Assembly (NCBI GenBank): GCA_051294375.1
Contig: CM119268.1
Location: 430,415-494,414 of the forward strand
Length of the DNA: 64,000 bases
Direction of reading: 5' to 3'
Source of the DNA: Paraspadella gotoi
Lineage: Eukaryota > Animalia > Chaetognatha
Part shown: piece after piece, positions 62,793 through 64,000 of the stretch
Numbering within the stretch: the stretch's first letter is position 1
Layout of the letters: every line of letters starts with the position of its first letter
Notes under the pieces: model-generated
The model's database searches: none
Told to the model about the DNA's origin: nothing
The model's input: the letters and a program-made list of their open reading frames with translations, nothing else
Translations under genes and position numbers: made by a program

Positions 62793-63233
62793 AAGACTCA
62801 TGAATTTTTTTTTCCTTCGGGGCAGGAAAGGGGTCCATCAAAAGAGAATTTAAACAAGGAAATTCGTTGCTCAACTTTATTAAAAGTGAGTATTTTATTA
62901 AACTTTTTACTTGTTTATCATTAAAAAATTGATTAATAATTAATCATTTTTATATTAACTGTATAGAATTTAATGTTTAGACTTTTTCTTTTTTATTAAA
63001 ATCCTATCCTTTGTGAAAATATTGCAAAATGGGGCGTTTAGGGGAAATAATGCCAAATGGGGGCGTTTTAGGGAAATAATGCCCAACTTTTATAAAAATT
63101 ACAAGATTACCTGTTTTACGGTATTTGTCGTCTTTAGGTAAACGGAATGGCGTTCCACATTGCAGCAGCAAAAAATCAACAAAAGTCACCACCAATGAAA
63201 ACGAGAGAATCGTCGAGACGTCGCACAAATTGA
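53091..63233 (+). CDS. TTLL3: TTLL3/TTLL8-like tubulin glycylase (multi-exon gene)
   Basis: Phase-compatible exons: 53091-53165, 53611-53739, ~54704-54832 (indel-damaged), 55133-55266, 55612-55792, 56468-57144, 57314-57634, 57814-58296, 58364-59040, 59100-59146, 59551-59727, 60772-60878, 61097-61226, 61431-61518, 61989-62041, 62112-62231, 62613-62756, 62826-62885, 63138-63233 (TGA). Motifs: [84 protein letters not shown]. Start exon uncertain (candidate ATG exon 52804-52857). TTLL3 vs TTLL8 orthology cannot be separated by eye. Confidence 0.9.
53611..53739 (+). CDS. TTLL3: TTLL3-like exon (VRESLKSRGWVEK)
   Basis: cccttcag acceptor, cag|gtgaaa donor; N-terminal glycylase motif RGWVEK. Confidence 0.85.
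53944..54195 (+). mobile_element. Copy of tRNA-related SINE-like repeat
   Basis: Shares tcgggcattgca, ccgcctataagca, cagctcatga, aggtacc, ttgaggacgg, gttccaag, gcgccttatccaca with 61552-61862. Confidence 0.6.
55133..55266 (+). CDS. TTLL3: TTLL3-like exon ending at a GC donor
   Basis: (CT)n-ccag acceptor; HQLSLIRR...PGFFWTSG...LLNS; joins 55612 in frame only through ag|gcaaga. Confidence 0.75.
55612..55792 (+). CDS. TTLL3: TTLL3-like exon (NHY...TKGGL...FPRAF)
   Basis: PDIFWNHYGSSGGSFCTKGGLCDIMNEIHW...IFPRAFQLS...FVVDFK; aag|gtgtat donor. Confidence 0.9.
55876..56263 (+). mobile_element. DINE-1/HINE-like family B, in TTLL3 intron
   Basis: 5-prime palindrome agttgcgccgcgagtactcgcggtgtaact, ctataag, (GGTC)n-like tract, shared body (ttaaaaatgc...aaatctaagtgactg...catgtcatgtc) with 34030-34403. 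Confidence 0.65.
56468..59040 (+). CDS. TTLL3: TTLL3-like exons encoding a large low-complexity insertion (56468-57144, 57314-57634, 57814-58296, 58364-59040)
   Basis: Begins VTACLNLLK and ends ...HEDIDNDP...; three short GT-AG introns, all phase 2, keep one open frame. Confidence 0.75.
59233..59531 (+). repeat. Unclassified dispersed repeat (5 copies in window)
   Basis: Core aaacgagactgtgagagagtcttgattgaaagcttgcaggga...tcttgtaagagtgatggaggccttaa...tccaaagttaggggcaag; copies at ~27264-27488 (-), ~32505-32610, ~42070-42230, ~52143-52290. Confidence 0.8.
59551..59727 (+). CDS. TTLL3: TTLL3-like exon ([19 protein letters not shown])
   Basis: gtttag acceptor, aag|gtaaaa donor; ATP-grasp WIxKP motif. 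Confidence 0.93.
59759..60370 (-). mobile_element. MITE (~615 bp) with 8-bp TSD, copy 2, in TTLL3 intron
   Basis: Reverse-complement match to 17528-18145 along its length; TSD ATATCTAT at 59751-59758 and 60371-60378. Confidence 0.92.
60772..62756 (+). CDS. TTLL3: TTLL3-like catalytic-core exons (60772-60878, 61097-61226, 61431-61518, 61989-62041, 62112-62231, 62613-62756)
   Basis: [72 protein letters not shown]; all GT-AG and in phase. Confidence 0.95.
61552..61862 (+). mobile_element. SINE-like dispersed repeat with internal tRNA-like A/B boxes
   Basis: A-box-like TGGCTCAAGTG (~61630) and B-box-like GGTTCTATCCC (~61679); related copies at ~53944-54195 (+), ~41922-42060 (-), ~18832-18926 (-). 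Confidence 0.6.
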
Positions 63234-63522
63234 CATGGAGCGACATGACATGAAAAAACATGTCATGAAGAGACATGACATGGGAGGACACGACAATAAG
63301 TTCTTACGTTTCTTGTTTTTAAAGATTCAGAAAAAAAAAAAGGTTATATCAGTATGTAGGACATGTCACTTGACGTAAAGCCAACATGATGTAACAGGAG
63401 CGGTTTTTTCAATGAATTATGAGTCAAATGATCTGACTTGTTTTTGTCCAATTGTCAATTTTCTAAAATCTGAGCTGACAGTAATAAATACAGCGTTATT
63501 CTCCAAAAATGTTTTTGTCACT

Positions 63523-63584
<62 letters not shown>

Positions 63585-64000
63585 CGGGTAATAGGAATAT
63601 TTAGGGTCACAAATGTAAAAAACCCAATTTCGTTAAAAGAAAGAACCGAGATTTTATTTTCTCCCCTTCCTTACTACTTTGCATTATTTATTAATTGAGT
63701 GAAAAACTATTTTCGTTGCGTTTTACTTGAGTAGTTTGAATAATATGTCAAGAAATTAGCTTTAAATGAATAATATTAAATGTGACCTTATTAATTATTG
63801 CTGGAGTAGGCCCTTTCTGAGATTATTCAAAAAATATTTTTAAACTTTTTTTGAAAAAAAAAAGAAATATTAGCAACGAAAAAACATTTTAGATTTTTAC
63901 AAATTTAATTGAAAATATTTTTAGGGGAAAGAAGATTACGTTTATTTCTCATGTCTACACTTTTTAAAAGTTTTATGCAATAATTTTTTTTGTTTTTGTT

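Overview
Eukaryotic (probably invertebrate animal) draft-genome window: AT-rich, saturated with (GA)n/(CT)n and (GAC)n microsatellites, with many N gaps and some segments that look unpolished. Two intron-rich + strand genes can be reconstructed by hand: a GT31 beta-1,3-galactosyltransferase-like gene (~40.3-50.5 kb, N-terminus not located) and a TTLL3/TTLL8-like tubulin glycylase (~53.1-63.2 kb). The rest is non-autonomous transposons (an 8-bp-TSD MITE family, a TA-TSD Tc1/pogo-like element, two DINE-1/HINE-like families, a tRNA-related SINE-like family, an unclassified repeat), minisatellites, and a ~7.2 kb tandem plus inverted duplication at the start that is probably an assembly artefact. 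Most notable: an apparent GA-AG intron and a GC-AG intron in the glycylase gene; an elongase-type Gln (CQGRG) and a ~650 aa insertion in a TTLL3-type enzyme; and a palindrome carrying two Penelope-type minimal hammerhead motifs. Nearly all ORFs in the supplied track are microsatellite artefacts. All calls were made by eye with no database search.
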